Shown here: positions 12,279-25,617 of the stretch, piece after piece
Layout: each line of letters starts with the position of its first letter
Numbering within the stretch: position 1 is the stretch's first letter
Assembly (NCBI RefSeq): GCF_001194135.2
Contig: NC_068981.1
Location: forward strand, 37,100,401-37,164,400
Length of the DNA stretch: 64,000 bases
From: Octopus bimaculoides
Lineage: Eukaryota
Direction of reading: 5' to 3'
Notes under the pieces: generated by a model
The model's input: the letters and a program-made list of their open reading frames with translations, nothing else
Database searches by the model: none
Told to the model about the DNA's origin: nothing
Position numbers and translations under genes: made by a program

Positions 12279-15200
12279 GCACACAGTCATGTGTGTGTGT
12301 GTGCATGCGTGTACGTGCACATGTGTGCATATGTAAATAGAAGATATGTGTATATATAAGTATACACACACATATGAATGTATGTAGAGCTATACTGAAG
12401 GATGAAGATGATATGAAAATAGACGGACAAGTAGGTAAGTAAATGGAGAGATAAGTATACATATATAAATTGGGAACAATAGAAATGAAAAGAAGAAGTA
12501 AATAAAAACAGAGAAAGGGAAAGTAGAAGAGGGGAAGATGAGAGAGAGAAAGCAACTTAGAAGTCACCAAATTGTGAAACAGAGACTGAAGTAAAGAAGA
12601 AGATAAGGTAGAGTAGAGGTAAAAGGAAAGTAAGGAGAGAAAGAAAATATATCTAAAGGCAGACAAAGAAATAGAAAGGAAAAGGTGAAAGGGCTTAGAA
12701 AAGGAGTGAGAGACGAAGTTAGTAACAGTAAGAAAGATATACAGGTAGAAAGACAGAAACAGAAAAAAAATGTAGGGTGGGGAGAGAAAATGAAATATCT
12801 GCAGATTTTTCATTTAGACTAATAGAACGTTATTGATTTTATTTATCCCCACTTCTTTTTCTGATAGAGTAATATTGATTTCCATTCTGACTAGTAAAAT
12901 AGCATGACCCCTACACTTTCTCAGATATTTCAAACCCTTATCACCATAGATACAGTAGCCAGGAAAGACTGTTACTTTGTAGTGGTAATGGCCTGCCATT
13001 TTCCCCAGGAACTAGGTGGTACTTCCTGATGTCACATGGTTGGAACTTTAAAATCAAAAGTTCTCCATAATTCTTCACTACATATGGATTAAAAGACTTT
13101 CTAAATCTAAACAAACAAAATTTCTATTCACATTATCACAAAGTAACTAGGACATCAAAAAAGCAACAGGAATATTATTCCCTCCTTCCCTAAAATCACT
13201 AGCAACAAAAATGTCTACATTTCCGCAAGGCCAAAATTCTTTACAACTTATCTAAGGAGGAAAAACATTTTTTATGAATAATAATGATGAGGATGATGAT
13301 TTATTACATCAGTGTAAGGTCTCTGTATTCTATGGAAAGAGAAATAAAATTATATGACAGGCATACTTTGGAGAATTAATGTTATGAGCAAAAGAAAGTG
13401 GCTATGTTTGAGAATTAGAAGTGGGTCATAAACATAATTCAGCTATATTACAAGTCATTCAGTACTTCTCATACTGATTAAATGATACAACATATTTATT
13501 AAACATTATTCTTATACATTACATTACTTACCTTCAGATTGAATTGAAGAGTATATTTCTTTTTTGCTTTTGTTTTAAAATCTATTTTTTAATTCACTAA
13601 AACTGAATCTTTGAATTCACAAAAAAAAAAAAAAAGAGAAAAAGAAAAAATCTTGTTACTCCAAATTTCCCCATGTTATTTGTGCATATATAGGGGAGTA
13701 TGAAGAAAGGATATTATATAAACACAGTTTGTTGTCTTTCTTGGCTAGAATTTTTGAAACAAAAGGAATTAGATGTGTCCACCATGAGTCTAAAATCTCT
13801 TTGACTAAAACAGTGTTTTCATTTACAGATGCAGTTCATTTAGCATTCAATATTGAGTTTAAAGTTGAGTTCATTTAACAATGGAAAACATGCCTGGATT
13901 TTGTTCTTTTAGATAGCAATTAAGAAAACGCAAGAAAATAGGTAATAATTTATTCAAATCTCCAAGCAACCATTTTGAGACAACCTGGCTCAGCTTAGTA
14001 CATTCCAGAAACTTGAATGTTTTCCAAGAGAGATCAGTGTCTAATTTGAATGGGATTAACAGTAGTTACGTGATCAGACTCATAGAGAAAATCAGTATCT
14101 TAGCAAAAGGAAGGTTGTTAAAGTATAGCTTCAATGGAGCTTAACTCTAAATTAATGTTATAGGATTCACTGTAGCTTAATTGTTAAAGGAATAGTTTTA
14201 TAATCTATGGAGCATTCATTCATAAGATCAGTTACTTTTGCTTCATTTATACTCATATAAAATAATGTATACAAAGAAGAATGAAACTTTGATAGATGAC
14301 ATAAGTAATTGACATGTATATATCAAAATTCTAACATTTTTTCAGATTGACTGCTTTTTTTTCTATTTTGTAGTCAGAAAAAGTTCAAAGGCAAGACTAC
14401 AGGTGGTAGTTGTTTGAAATAAAAATTCAAAATATTTACTAAATTTGCAAGCATCAAAATATTTAAGTCACATTCATAAGTGACATTGTTGCAGACTAGA
14501 AAAGATTTTCAAATCAGGTAAATATTTTGAAACATTCTCACATTTACTTACTTCTATATCTGAGATTAGTTATTGCAATGACAACATAAATATTTTTGAC
14601 TAGTGTGTATTTGTTTACTACACTACCCTTTGGATCAGTTCAGTCACTAATAGTCTTCAGGGATTTTATAAACATCTGTAGGCTGGATTTGAGCTTAGGA
14701 TCTTATATCTACTCACACATTCTTAGTCAAGCTCCTTTGGGATAGCTACTGAATGGCAGCCATGTTGTGCTTAAATCTGCACTAAGCTTATTAGTTGGCT
14801 GCTTGGTTAATGTTATATATGAGTGTGTGTGCATATATGTATGTAAATATGTATATAAGCATGTATACATCGATGTATACATATGTATAGGTGTGTGTGT
14901 TTGTGTGTGTGTTGATGGCTGCATGCATTTATCTACTTGTTGGTAAGGAAAATATTTACATCCATTTTTCCATGCTGTCATGGGTTAGACAAACGTTTGA
15001 GTTGGGTGTTGGTTTTACTGTTGGAAGTCCTTTCTATTGCTAACACTTACTTGTTTTTTATATTTTCAAATAAGGAATCTTTTATTACACATATCTTCAA
15101 AGGCACAAAGTAGCAAATGATTTGTTTAGAAGAGAAATGACATCACCACTTGTATCAATTTTGGAAATGGTGCAAGTGTAAAACAAACACACATATATGC

Positions 15201-15305
15201 TCACATATATACATACATCTACTTATGCATATACATGCATATACATACATATACATCTATATGCGCATATACATACGTTTACACACACATACACACACAC
15301 ACACA

Positions 15306-15337
<32 letters not shown>

Positions 15338-15339
15338 TA

Positions 15340-15700
15340 ATCATTGGATGCTTGATGTTGATCCTCCAACAATTGGGTGTAATTTTAAATCAGATGGTTT
15401 GGAAACTTTTTGCACATGATGTATGGAAGTCTTTTAAGCTGTTACAGATTTTCAGTAATCCATAAAGATTGCCTGTTTTTGCCTCAAAATTATTTAGGTA
15501 ATCCATCTCATTTAGCTTTGAACTTTTTGAATTTATCTGTTAGCCAATTTTATTAATTTAGTTGTTTTAAACCATTTTCTGGTAATTGATCCTGTCTTTT
15601 ATTACAATAATTCCTCCTTTGTTCATTTCTTCTATGACCACAGAAGAACTTTTCTGTAGACATTCCAGTTCTATTTGCTCTTTATGTGTAATACTTACGG
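15340..15700 (-). mobile_element. Penelope-like RT N-terminal fragment
   Basis: EEMNKGGIIVIKDRINYQKMV (cf. ADKGGAIV), NFEAKTGNLYGLLKI (cf. FYGLPKIHK) and PSDLKLHPIVGG (cf. RPIV). Confidence 0.75.
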
Positions 15701-16115
15701 AAAAAAAACATTTGTGTTCTTGTATATGCAGTTAATCTCAGATAATTTAGTTGGATTATATGTTATAATATTGCTAGATGCCCTTCCTTTTACCAAACCT
15801 TTTCCTCATCTCTTACAACATGCAGAGACATTGTAAAGATATTCTAAAACAAAATTACTCTTAGTATATTATTGCAGGTACATAGTTTATAGATCAAGCT
15901 TAATATATTAGTGTTTCATCAACTCCAAAGAAATTAAAGGCAATGTTTGAACTAAGAAAATAGACAGACAAGACTATATACTATAAACTATTTTGAACAT
16001 TTCTCTATTGAGAAAACCAATTCTCTCACCCTTGCAAGTCAACATTATTTTCACACACATCATAGACTCTACTCTGTATCATGCAATTCCTGAGCTTTAC
16101 TGGCTTGGTCTAAAC

Positions 16116-16455
16116 CAATGATTCTCAACCATCTTTTACCTGTAGATCCCTTTGATTGCTATTTTATTCTAGTGGACCCCTATAACTATTCGATGCTTAT
16201 AAACTAGTTTTACAGATACTTCTTTCAAAATTCCTATTTTGTTATTCACATACTAACATATGTAGATTGAACCATGTTAAAAGTTTGAGAAAGAAATTTA
16301 GCTGTTTCTTGAAGTAAATGCATGTGAATCAAACCTTTTCATGGACCTTTAATATACTACTGTGCATCTCTAATTCACTACTTTGCTTGCATGGATGCCC
16401 AAAAGTCTTATATTGGAGCTTTTGGGGTCATATGGATCTCAATTGAGAACCACTG
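16116..16455. mobile_element. hAT (Charlie-type) MITE, 340 bp
   Basis: TIRs CAATGATTCTCAA (left) and TTGAGAACCACTG (right) match the CAGTGGTTCTCAA type. Flanking 8-mers GTCTAAAC and ATGTAAGC are 5/8 identical, consistent with an eroded 8-bp TSD. Confidence 0.75.
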
Positions 16456-17351
16456 ATGTAAGCTATGATCTGGCTGGTTAGTTTTGTTTGCTACCCCTAG
16501 GTATTTAATCAGCTTACTAAATGAAACAAATATTTTCAAATATATTGATGAGAAAATCTATTGCAATAACAGGTATAACTATTTGTGAAAATATCTAGTT
16601 TGCAGCATCATGCAATTTTGACATAACAATGGATATGAAAAATTATATTAAAGAAAAATAAATTATTTTAAGATTCCATTAAAAATAAAATCATACTTTA
16701 TGACATTTTAAGTGACCTGGATGGCTGAAAAGAATGCTTCATTTATTCCAAATATAATTGATCTAATTAACAAGGGACTTAAAGAGGAGGAATTATTCAT
16801 AATTATCTTGGTTGGCTAAGACAACTAAAATCATATATAATCTGTTGGCAGCAAACTAGACATAATTATTTAAGTATAGAGTTTTTTCCATCGTCAGATG
16901 AGTGATTATCAATCTAAAAAATAAAAAAAAGCAAATTGGCTTCAGCATAGTGTTTTTTTTTAATATTATTATTCATTCTATCTGATTATCTTCATACTGA
17001 ATTTGTTGAACTGGGCACTGAGCCAGTTTTGATAGGGAAGGCGTGCTGATACTTACTTTATCAACCCTAGAGTTTGAACTCAAAAAGTTGAAGTATGAAA
17101 CAGATATTGTTACATATTTGTTCTGGCATACTAATACTTCTTTCAAGTATCCATCTTCAGTTACACAGTGGAAACCACTTACTGTGACCACTTTGGGATG
17201 AAGCTTTTTTTGTAACAATAACCAACTGATAACATTAAACAAATAAAGAATTTGAGAGACACAAATTCTAATAACAATAACCAGTTACTAAATTTATCCA
17301 TGATATTAATAAGTGGCTTCCAGTGTATTCTAAATATTCTTTAATTCTTTT

Positions 17352-17554
17352 TCTTTTATTTGTTTCAGTCTTTTGACTGCGGCCATGCTAGAGCACTGCC
17401 TTTAGTCGAACAAATCAAGGACTTAATCTTTGTAAGCTTAGTACTTATTCTATCAGTCTCTTTTGCCGAACTGCTAAATTACAAGGATGTAAACATATCA
17501 ACGTCAGTTGTCAAGCGATGGTGGGGGTGACAAACAGAGACACACAAACATATG

Positions 17555-17608
<54 letters not shown>

Positions 17609-17770
17609 AATGGCTTCTTTTAGTTTCTGTCTACCAAGTCCACTCACAAGGCTTTGATTGGCCCAAGGCTATAGTAGAAGACATTTACCCAAGCTTCCAT
17701 GCAGTGGGACTGAACCCAGAACCATGTGGTTGGTAAGCAAGCTACTTAACACACACCCACTCCTGTGCCT
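17352..17770 (-). mobile_element. tRNA-derived SINE family A, full length, with internal (CA)n
   Basis: Collinear with 11862-12278. Confidence 0.85.
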
Positions 17771-18084
17771 ATAAATATATTCCTCTTTCATTTTTTATAA
17801 TTGATTTAAACCTATCCAGTACAAGCAAAGTTAGAAATTATCTTTATTTGTTGTTGCTTAGCTTTGAGTCAACCCATTTAGTGGAAATCTATAATCAAAG
17901 GCATTCCAGTTGTGACTATCCTATCATTTTTATGATTATATCGTCAAAAGTCTCTGTCCTTTTTAAGGTAGTAAGTAGCATTGATTTGAGAGGGTTTTGA
18001 CTACATAGAAGCCATTCTCACTGGTTTTTGAAATGTTAAAGTATAAAACTAACAATGATAAGTCCACATTGCTCCTCAAAGAGC

Positions 18085-18288
18085 ATAGGGGTGACTTTCT
18101 GGTTTCTCTAGCCTATGTATTCCGCTATGGATGGAACATCAGTCCATTGCAGGATTACTCGTTTTTACCAACTGAGTGGATTAGAGCAACATAAAATGAA
18201 GTGCTTTGCTCAAGAACACAACACATTATCTGGTCCAGGAATTGAAACCACATTCTTGTGATCATGAGTTCAACACCCTAACCACTAA
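18085..18288 (-). mobile_element. tRNA-derived SINE family C
   Basis: Reverse complement matches 55160-55400 (tgtgttcttgagcaa...ttgctc.a.t.actcag..g.aaaaa.gagtaatcctg). Confidence 0.75.
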
Positions 18289-19967
18289 AACAAACAATAC
18301 ATTATGTATTTAAAAAGATGTCAAGGATATCATGCAGGAGATATTATATATTTAATGGCGTAATAAATAAATGCAACTAGAAGACCCTTGATAAATTTTT
18401 CTGGTTACAGTAATGTCTTCAAACTTCTTTTGTTTATCCTTAGATCAACTCTAAGCAAGCAAATCAGTAGCATTCCAATCAGAAGCATTTTTGAGCAAGT
18501 CAAATAACCACAAACTGTTGTGTTGGCTAATCAAAGTTTTTCAAAATTGACTGGTGCTATAAAGCAAAGCACATTTCTCAAACATGCTTTAACTGAGCAA
18601 AGGAGCCTCTAGATAAACACTTTTAAGAAATAGCAACCAAATATCCTTCAAATCTTACCATCTTCAAAACAGTCAGATAATTCATTTTTAGATACACTAA
18701 GGGTTAGTCATGGTTGGAATGCTCTTGATAGCAGGTTTGTTTATTTAGGACTGATCTGATGCCAAATAAAACTTGTTTCAGTCAATGTCACTACAAAACA
18801 AGCACCTTTCCTAATTTCCAGTTTAATGGTTGGTGTAATAGAGAATGCCCAGTTATATGATTATCAGCATCTTTCACATTGTCTTCCTCATTCCTACATC
18901 ATGGACTGCTATGTAAATTTTCATTTTCTATTTCACTGCTGCTTATTTCCACATGAAAATTAGGTCTGTTGTCTTCTTTTCTGATATTCAAAGAGCATCC
19001 AATTAGATTTATTGTTTATTGATATCAGAGTTGTGAAATTTGCACACATGTGTAGTAGGTGTAGAGTTCTTTGGGATATCTTCATTTCAACATGGATGAA
19101 CTTCCAACCATCAAAAAATGTCTTATAACATAGAAGCTGCAAGCACTTTCTATTTGAAAAGAATGAGTGTTGTTATTGTTTGCCAGTAGGTAGTCAACGT
19201 TGGGCATTTGAAGTTTACTCCTTCTTCTTTGTTTATTTCCTTAAATAGTTTTCCTTGAAAAGGTGGCTAGTAAGATTGCTTAATGATGGTTGAGTGCAAA
19301 CTGATACCATTTCAGCAAACTGCAGCACCAATAAAACCGAAAAATATGCGAGTCATATTATGCAGCTTAATGTATCTGAAAATTTGTTGTAGTGTATGAT
19401 AATTTTTGCTGTGGTTTTTATGGCCAGTTGCCTTTTATCAAGGCAAATGTCAGGATAGGAAGAAGAATCATGAAATATATTGGATAACACTAGTTAAAGT
19501 TTTAAAACAAACAGAAGTTTATAGTGCAGTGGTTGAATGGTTAATATCATAGGCTAGTTATCTATAGGACATTGGTTCAAGCATTTCACTTAGCATTCCA
19601 TATCCTAGTTATTTAGAAAAATAAGAATCATTTTTCAGTTAAGATGTTGGTGTGAAGAAAGCTTGAGAGCACATACAAAGCTGGAAATTTGTTGAGACAG
19701 CTAGTACAGATTATTGTGGAAAATGCTGACGCAAAATTGTTAGAGATATTTTAATATGGTATTTAAATTAAATAGGGAAAGAAGCAGCCACAATTCTTAA
19801 TGTATCCATAAGTGAATTATCTGCAATTAGCAAAATAAACCTTTCTGATTTCTTGGTGCTGTTGTTTAGAATCAGGTCTAAATTGATAGAGTTGAAATAC
19901 AAGCAAAAATTTTCCAGGCATGAATATCTAAACATACTAGGAATAATGTACCCTGGATGCATTAGAT

Positions 19968-20358
19968 CATCATCATGGCACTCCGTCGCTTACGACTTCG
20001 AGGGTTCCAGTTGATCCAATCAACGGAACAAGCCTGCTCATGAAATTAACATGCAAGTGGCTGAGCACTCCACAGACACGTGTACCCTTAACGCAGTTCT
20101 CGGGGATATTCAGCGTGACACAGAGTATGACAAGGCTGACCCTTTGAATTACAGGCACAACAGAAACAAGAAGTAAGAGTGAGAGAAAGTTGTGGTGGAA
20201 GAGTACAGCAGGGTTCGCCACCATCCCCTGCTGGAGCCTTGTGGAGCTTTAGGTGTTTTCGCTCAATAAACACTCACAACGCCCGGTCTGGGAATCGAAA
20301 CCGTGATCCTATGACTGCGAGTCTGCTGCCCTAACCACTGGGCCATTTGTGCCTCCAC
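19968..20358 (-). mobile_element. Young, CpG-rich tRNA-derived SINE with 11-bp target-site duplication
   Basis: Minus-strand head gtggaggcacaaatggcccagtggttaggg...ggtttcgattccc (A/B boxes) and an (ATG)n tail. TSD ATGCATTAGAT at 19957-19967 and 20359-20369. Confidence 0.9.
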
Positions 20359-21174
20359 ATGCATTAGATATATATATATTTTTAAGATGATAGGGTTTGA
20401 TTTGAGGAAGATTTAGTAACTATATCTAACAGGTTAAGTGATTATGTAGAAACTCTCTCATTGGTTTAAACATATTCATTTCTTAAGGCTTGGCACAAGA
20501 CCATATTTTACAGAAAACGGCTATAGTTAATTAAATGAATAGCAGTACCTTACTGGTACTAATTTTGTCTATGCCAAATGAATTGAATGAAAAAAATCAG
20601 GCAAAATTTGAACTCATATTACAGAAAGAGGAAGCTAACTACTGCCAATATTTAATTCAAGCCTCTGCTATTCCTGTCAACTTGTAGCCTTTAATTTTCT
20701 TGAACATTAGCAAGTGAAAGATATTAAAATGTCTGGATTGTCATATTAAAGGCTGAATTTCGAGCTGAATTTTGTTTTTATTTTAGTTTTTAAAGGCTGA
20801 GGGAGAAGAGGAAAGCAACTGCCATGACCTCTTTCAGGGTCTCAATGATATGTGGGAGAAATTAAGGAAGTTATCCCCAGATCAGATACATGTCTTTAAT
20901 GCTTGTAACTGGATTCCTCTAAAGGTAGCCAAAGGTCAGGTTGTAGTGTTAAACCAAGCAACAGATTAAGACTACAACCCAAGAAAAGGAATGGTATCTC
21001 TGCTAGGATATCACACAGTTATTGCCTATCAAATTTAATTTTCAAGGTTTTGGTCAATACAAGGCTATGGCAGAGGACTTACTCAAGGAGTTAGGCTGTG
21101 GAATCAAACACAAAAAAAAATATAGGTGTTAAGGATGCAAAACAAACTTCAAAACCACTTAGTTCTACCTGACC

Positions 21175-22075
21175 CCTTTGCTGCTGCTGCTGTTGCTAAT
21201 TATTCTTGTAGCTTTTATTGCTAATGTTGCTATTACTGTTGTTGCAGTTGTTACTGTTATCGATGCTGATGCTGCTACTGTTGTTAATGTTATTGTTGTT
21301 GTTGTTGCTATTTTTGTTGTTATTCCTCATGCTGCTATTACTGCTACTATTACCATCATATGACAATGATACTACAACAGTAGCTACTGCTACATCACTG
21401 CAGCAGATACTGCTGACACTACTGCTAAAGTTAGTGTCGCAGTTTTTGTTGTAGTTGTAGCAGTACCCACTGCTGTCTCTGACACTGCTGCTAAAACTGT
21501 TTCTATTGCTTGCTGCTGCTGATACTGCTGCTGTTACTCTTCCTACTGCAGTTGCTGACACTACTGCTGCTAATACTGTTTCTACTACTGTTGCTGAACA
21601 CTGCTGCTGTTGCTTTTACGACTGCTGTTCCTGACACTGCTGCTATTATTGTGAATGTTGCAACAATTACTGCTGCTATCACATTGACTGCTACAACTAC
21701 AACAAAAAAACTGCGACATTAACTTTAACTGTTGCTGCTGCTGTTACTGAATCTGGTGCAACAGTTTTTGCTGCTGATACATGATTCTGGCGCAACAGAT
21801 TTTTATTTTTATATTTCCTGCTGCTACAACTGTTACAACAGCAGCGGCAGCAGCAGCAGCAACAACAACAACAACAACAACAACAACAAGTTACAAGTGC
21901 ACATTCTGTAGCTTCTGCTTGAATAACTATCATAACTACTGCCGTAGTTATTATTACTATGTTGTTATTATTTTTGTTGTTGTTGCTGATGCTATAATTA
22001 TCTTTAGTACTGCTGCTATAATCCCAATGGACCAATTATGTGCTGCAGCAGCAGTAGGTAATTGGTCTATTGTTT
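21175..22075. repeat. Degenerate trinucleotide mosaic (CTG/GTT/CTA with a CAG/CAA island)
   Basis: Directly visible; generates the poly-L/V/A/N ORFs. Confidence 0.9.
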
Positions 22076-23203
22076 GACTATTGTTTCTCATTTTAATCAT
22101 ATATACATACATACATACATATATATATATATTATATATATATATATNNNNNNNNNNNNNNNNNNNNNNNNNNNNNNNNNNNNNNNNNNNNNNNNNNNNN
22201 NNNNNNNNNNNNNNNNNNNNNNNNNNNNNNNNNNNNNNNNNNNNNNNNNNNNNNNNNNNNNNNNNNNNNNNNNNNNNNNNNNNNNNNNNNNNNNNNNNNN
22301 NNNNNNNNNNNNNNNNNNNNNNNNNNNNNNNNNNNNNNNNNNNNNNNNNNNNNNNNNNNNNNNNNNNNNNNNNNNNNNNNNNNNNNNATATATATATATA
22401 TATATATATAGATAGATATATATATATATGTAAATATGTATGAATATGCAAACATTTTACAGTGATGCACTATGCATTTAAGTCTAATTCGATTTGAGTG
22501 TATGTGTGTAAATGTCTCTTTGTGTGCGTATGTGTGCCTGTAGTTAATTTCAATAGACCTAATTATTCCATATTAGATTCAATTTTATTAATTTCACAGC
22601 TGTCACTTACCCTCCATCTTCTTTTATTTCCTTTTCCTACCAACACGGATGTGTGTAAAATAATTATATTTTAAACACAATGCTTGCCAGCAAAAATAAC
22701 TGAAATTTATCAATGAAATTACTGTAATTTTCTAGCATGCCGGAAATATTCTTCCATCACAGTTAATTTTGTTTTATTTTTGTTTATTTTTTTTTTAATA
22801 TTTTCCCACCAAAAGAATAGTGAAGAAAGAAAATGAATTTTGTTCTGTCTTTATAAAAACCAGTTGGTGCTTATTTATCAACTTCCTCAATACTGATCTG
22901 TTCCTTCAGTTTTCACGCAGAATGATTGTATTCCACCATTTATTTATTTATTTATTTATTTATTGTGATATCTGAACCATTTTTGGGTTATTTGTCATTG
23001 TTGCTGTTTTCTTTTTCTTGAAACCCTGCTGGCTAGATTTATGTATTGTTTAATTTTATTTCAATTATTTAAAAAAAAAATTTTGTTGATTAATTTGTTG
23101 TTGTTGTATTTTTATTGAATATAATATATCTCTTAAAAAAATAAAAGCAAAAGAACAGGTATCATATCACATATCATATCGCTGGTTCAATCTACCAAAT
23201 TAC

Positions 23204-23530
23204 AAAGGTTATTGTGTAGTATTTTTAAGCAACATATGTAAATATATTTGGTTGCAAGCCAGTCTTGAATAGAAAAGTTCTACAACTTGATAGAATTAAT
23301 GGTATTTGCTACAAGTTTTCTTACAAAGACATGAATGCATAAATTGTCCAACCCACTGATTTAACCTACTGACTGTTAAAGGTTACTGTGTTATGTTCTT
23401 AAGCAGGATATACAAATATATTTTATTGTAACCAGGCTTGAATTGAAAAGTTCCATGGCTTGATTAAATGACTTGGTATTTGCTAAAAGTGTTCCAACAC
23501 ATACAGAAATTTGTGGATGTGTCCAACCCA
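23204..23530. repeat. Old tandem duplication, period 174 bp (two copies, roughly 70% identity)
   Basis: The segment aaaggtta.tgtg...taagca...aaatatattt...cttgaat.gaaaagttc...ggtatttgcta.aag...tgtccaaccca recurs at 23204 and 23378. Confidence 0.75.
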
Positions 23531-24200
23531 TGATCAGAGATACTTTTCTTTTTTAAAGTATTCATTAACATAAAAAAATGAAACTAATTTTTTCATAGGT
23601 GTAATAATTTAATACTGGAAAAGACTCATTTATTACTAGCATTACTTGAGGAAATTCCAGGTTACTTCAAAATATGTAATTCATTTTGAAATTATATTCT
23701 TTTTCTGAAGTGTATGATTCTTGGGATGGCATAAAATTCACAAAGGCAGTATTGAAGATGCAATCTCAAGAGAAAACATCTTTGCAAACTATATTCTTTG
23801 TTATACACTTGTGATCTGTATTACTTTTTATCTATTATTTTTATGCTTATGTCAAGAAGTAAACAATTTGAAAACACAATCTGTTTACAATGTTTCCCTG
23901 CTTCAATATAATTACATTGATAAAACTATTACAAATCATGATATGCTGTCCTACAGCATACTAGGATTCATTTTTTTGCTACTTTTTTTACATCCATTTT
24001 TCATGCTAGCATAGATTTGACAAATATATATTATTGAGGCATTGTTTTACAATCAGATGACTTTTTGATCACCTACATTTACCTTTTTTGCAACTAAGGA
24101 CTTTCTATTCCACTTGTCTTTCAAACGGTAATGACAAAAATCTATTCATTCACAGAGGTATTTATGTACAAATATATATATATATATATATATGTGTGTG

Positions 24201-24233
<33 letters not shown>

Positions 24234-24269
24234 ATATGTATATATAGGTATATATATATATATATATAT

Positions 24270-24727
24270 GGGATGAGGTAGTGAAGCATGACCTTCAGAC
24301 ATTGGGCCTCACTGGGGTAATGACAGGAGACCGAAACCTTTGGAGATATGCTATAATTGAGAAGACCTGTTGAGTCAAGCAAAACCAATACTGTAACTGT
24401 GGCCAGTAACTCCTGACTGGCTCCTGTGCAGGTGGCATGTAAAAAGCAACATCCAAATGTGGCCGATGCTAGTATCCCCTGACTGGCTCCCATGTCAGTG
24501 GCACGTAAAAAGCACCATCTGAACGTGGCCAATGCCAGCACTTCCTGACTGGTCCCCGTGTCGGTGGCACATAAAAAGCACTATCCGAACATGATCGCTG
24601 CCAGGCCTGCCTAACTGGCTCCTGTGCCGATGGCATGTAAAAAGCACCCATTACACTCTCAGAGTGGTTGGTGTTAAGGAATGTCATCCAGCTGTAGAAA
24701 CATTGCCAGATCAGATTGGAGCCTGAG
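24270..24727 (+). mobile_element. Interspersed repeat family D (SINE or RTE 3'-end type) containing a 4 x 66-bp minisatellite
   Basis: Units start at 24413, 24479, 24545 and 24611, followed by attacactctcagagtggttggtgttaaggaatgtcatccagctgtagaaac. The same family occurs at 36670-37020 and 31590-31750. Confidence 0.8.
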
Positions 24728-25455
24728 TTAAGACAACAACAACAACAACAATGATGATGATGACAATGATAATAATGGCTGCTTTCATTGAAGCCTACTC
24801 AGAGACTCTCTGTTGAGTCACCAACTTGTTACTGACAAATTGCAGCTAAGTTCTCTTGAATTCCACCTTATCATCTTAAGAAAATGACATGCCATGGACA
24901 ATGTTGTTCTTGATCAGGAATGAGTCGTCTTTTTTCAAGAAGTAAACCACATGAAATATGGTTCATCATGAGGTGGGCCACACTACTATAAAAATTCAAG
25001 GTAACTTTTTTCATTGGTGTACAACTTAGAAAGTTAGATGGACTGCACTTTACTCAGGACTGTTTTAGATATACAAAAAAGTTGGGATGGTCAAAGTTAG
25101 AGTACCTTGATCATAGGTCTTCTCGATCACAACTGACTGGAGGATGAGTGACAAGAACTGCTTTCACAAGTAGTTATGATTAAAAGGATTATAAACCCAT
25201 TAAATGGTTGGGAAACCTATAAAGATGACTATACCTGTAGTATATCTGTTTAAAACAAGTCATTGCATGTCATGCTACACTTTTCATTGATTGATATTCC
25301 AATATTTTAACTTAATAAATACTTGTCTATTGACTATAGTCCTCTTCCTATTTTGTCTGGTTCCATCATAGCTTTGACAAGAAAAATCTGCCTCATTAAA
25401 CTTCATCTGGCCCATGCAAATATGGAAAAGTGGACAGTAAAAGATGATGATGATG

Positions 25456-25509
<54 letters not shown>

Positions 25510-25510
<1 letters not shown>

Positions 25511-25617
25511 TTGTCAGATCCTGGTGTAGCCTCCTAGCTTGCCAGCCCTCAGTCAAACTGGCCAGCCCATGCCAGCATGGAAAGTGGCCATTAAACGACG
25601 ATGATGATGATGATGAT
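25510..25617 (+). mobile_element. Family D 3' tail ending in (GAT)n
   Basis: cctggtgtagcc...cagtcaaac...cccatgccagcatggaaagtgg..ttaaacgacgatgatgat, as at 36925-37020. Confidence 0.75.

Noticed and set aside
12139-12813. 224-aa minus-strand ORF
   Set aside because: Antisense of a GA-rich low-complexity tract plus a SINE.
13913-13941. Possible 29-nt microexon reading IAIKKTQEN (kinase VAIK-like)
   Set aside because: Good-looking splice sites but too short to be significant. A phase-compatible chain with other candidates (27764, about 33270, about 53370) gives no recognisable protein.
20270-20358. tRNA-like sequence with A/B boxes
   Set aside because: It is the head of a SINE with a TSD and does not form a complete cloverleaf gene; the same applies to other SINE heads.
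24413-24647. Repeat-spacer look resembling a CRISPR array (conserved about 36 bp plus variable about 30 bp)
   Set aside because: The 'spacers' are homologous to one another, the array sits inside a dispersed eukaryotic retro-repeat present elsewhere in the window, and there are no cas genes.
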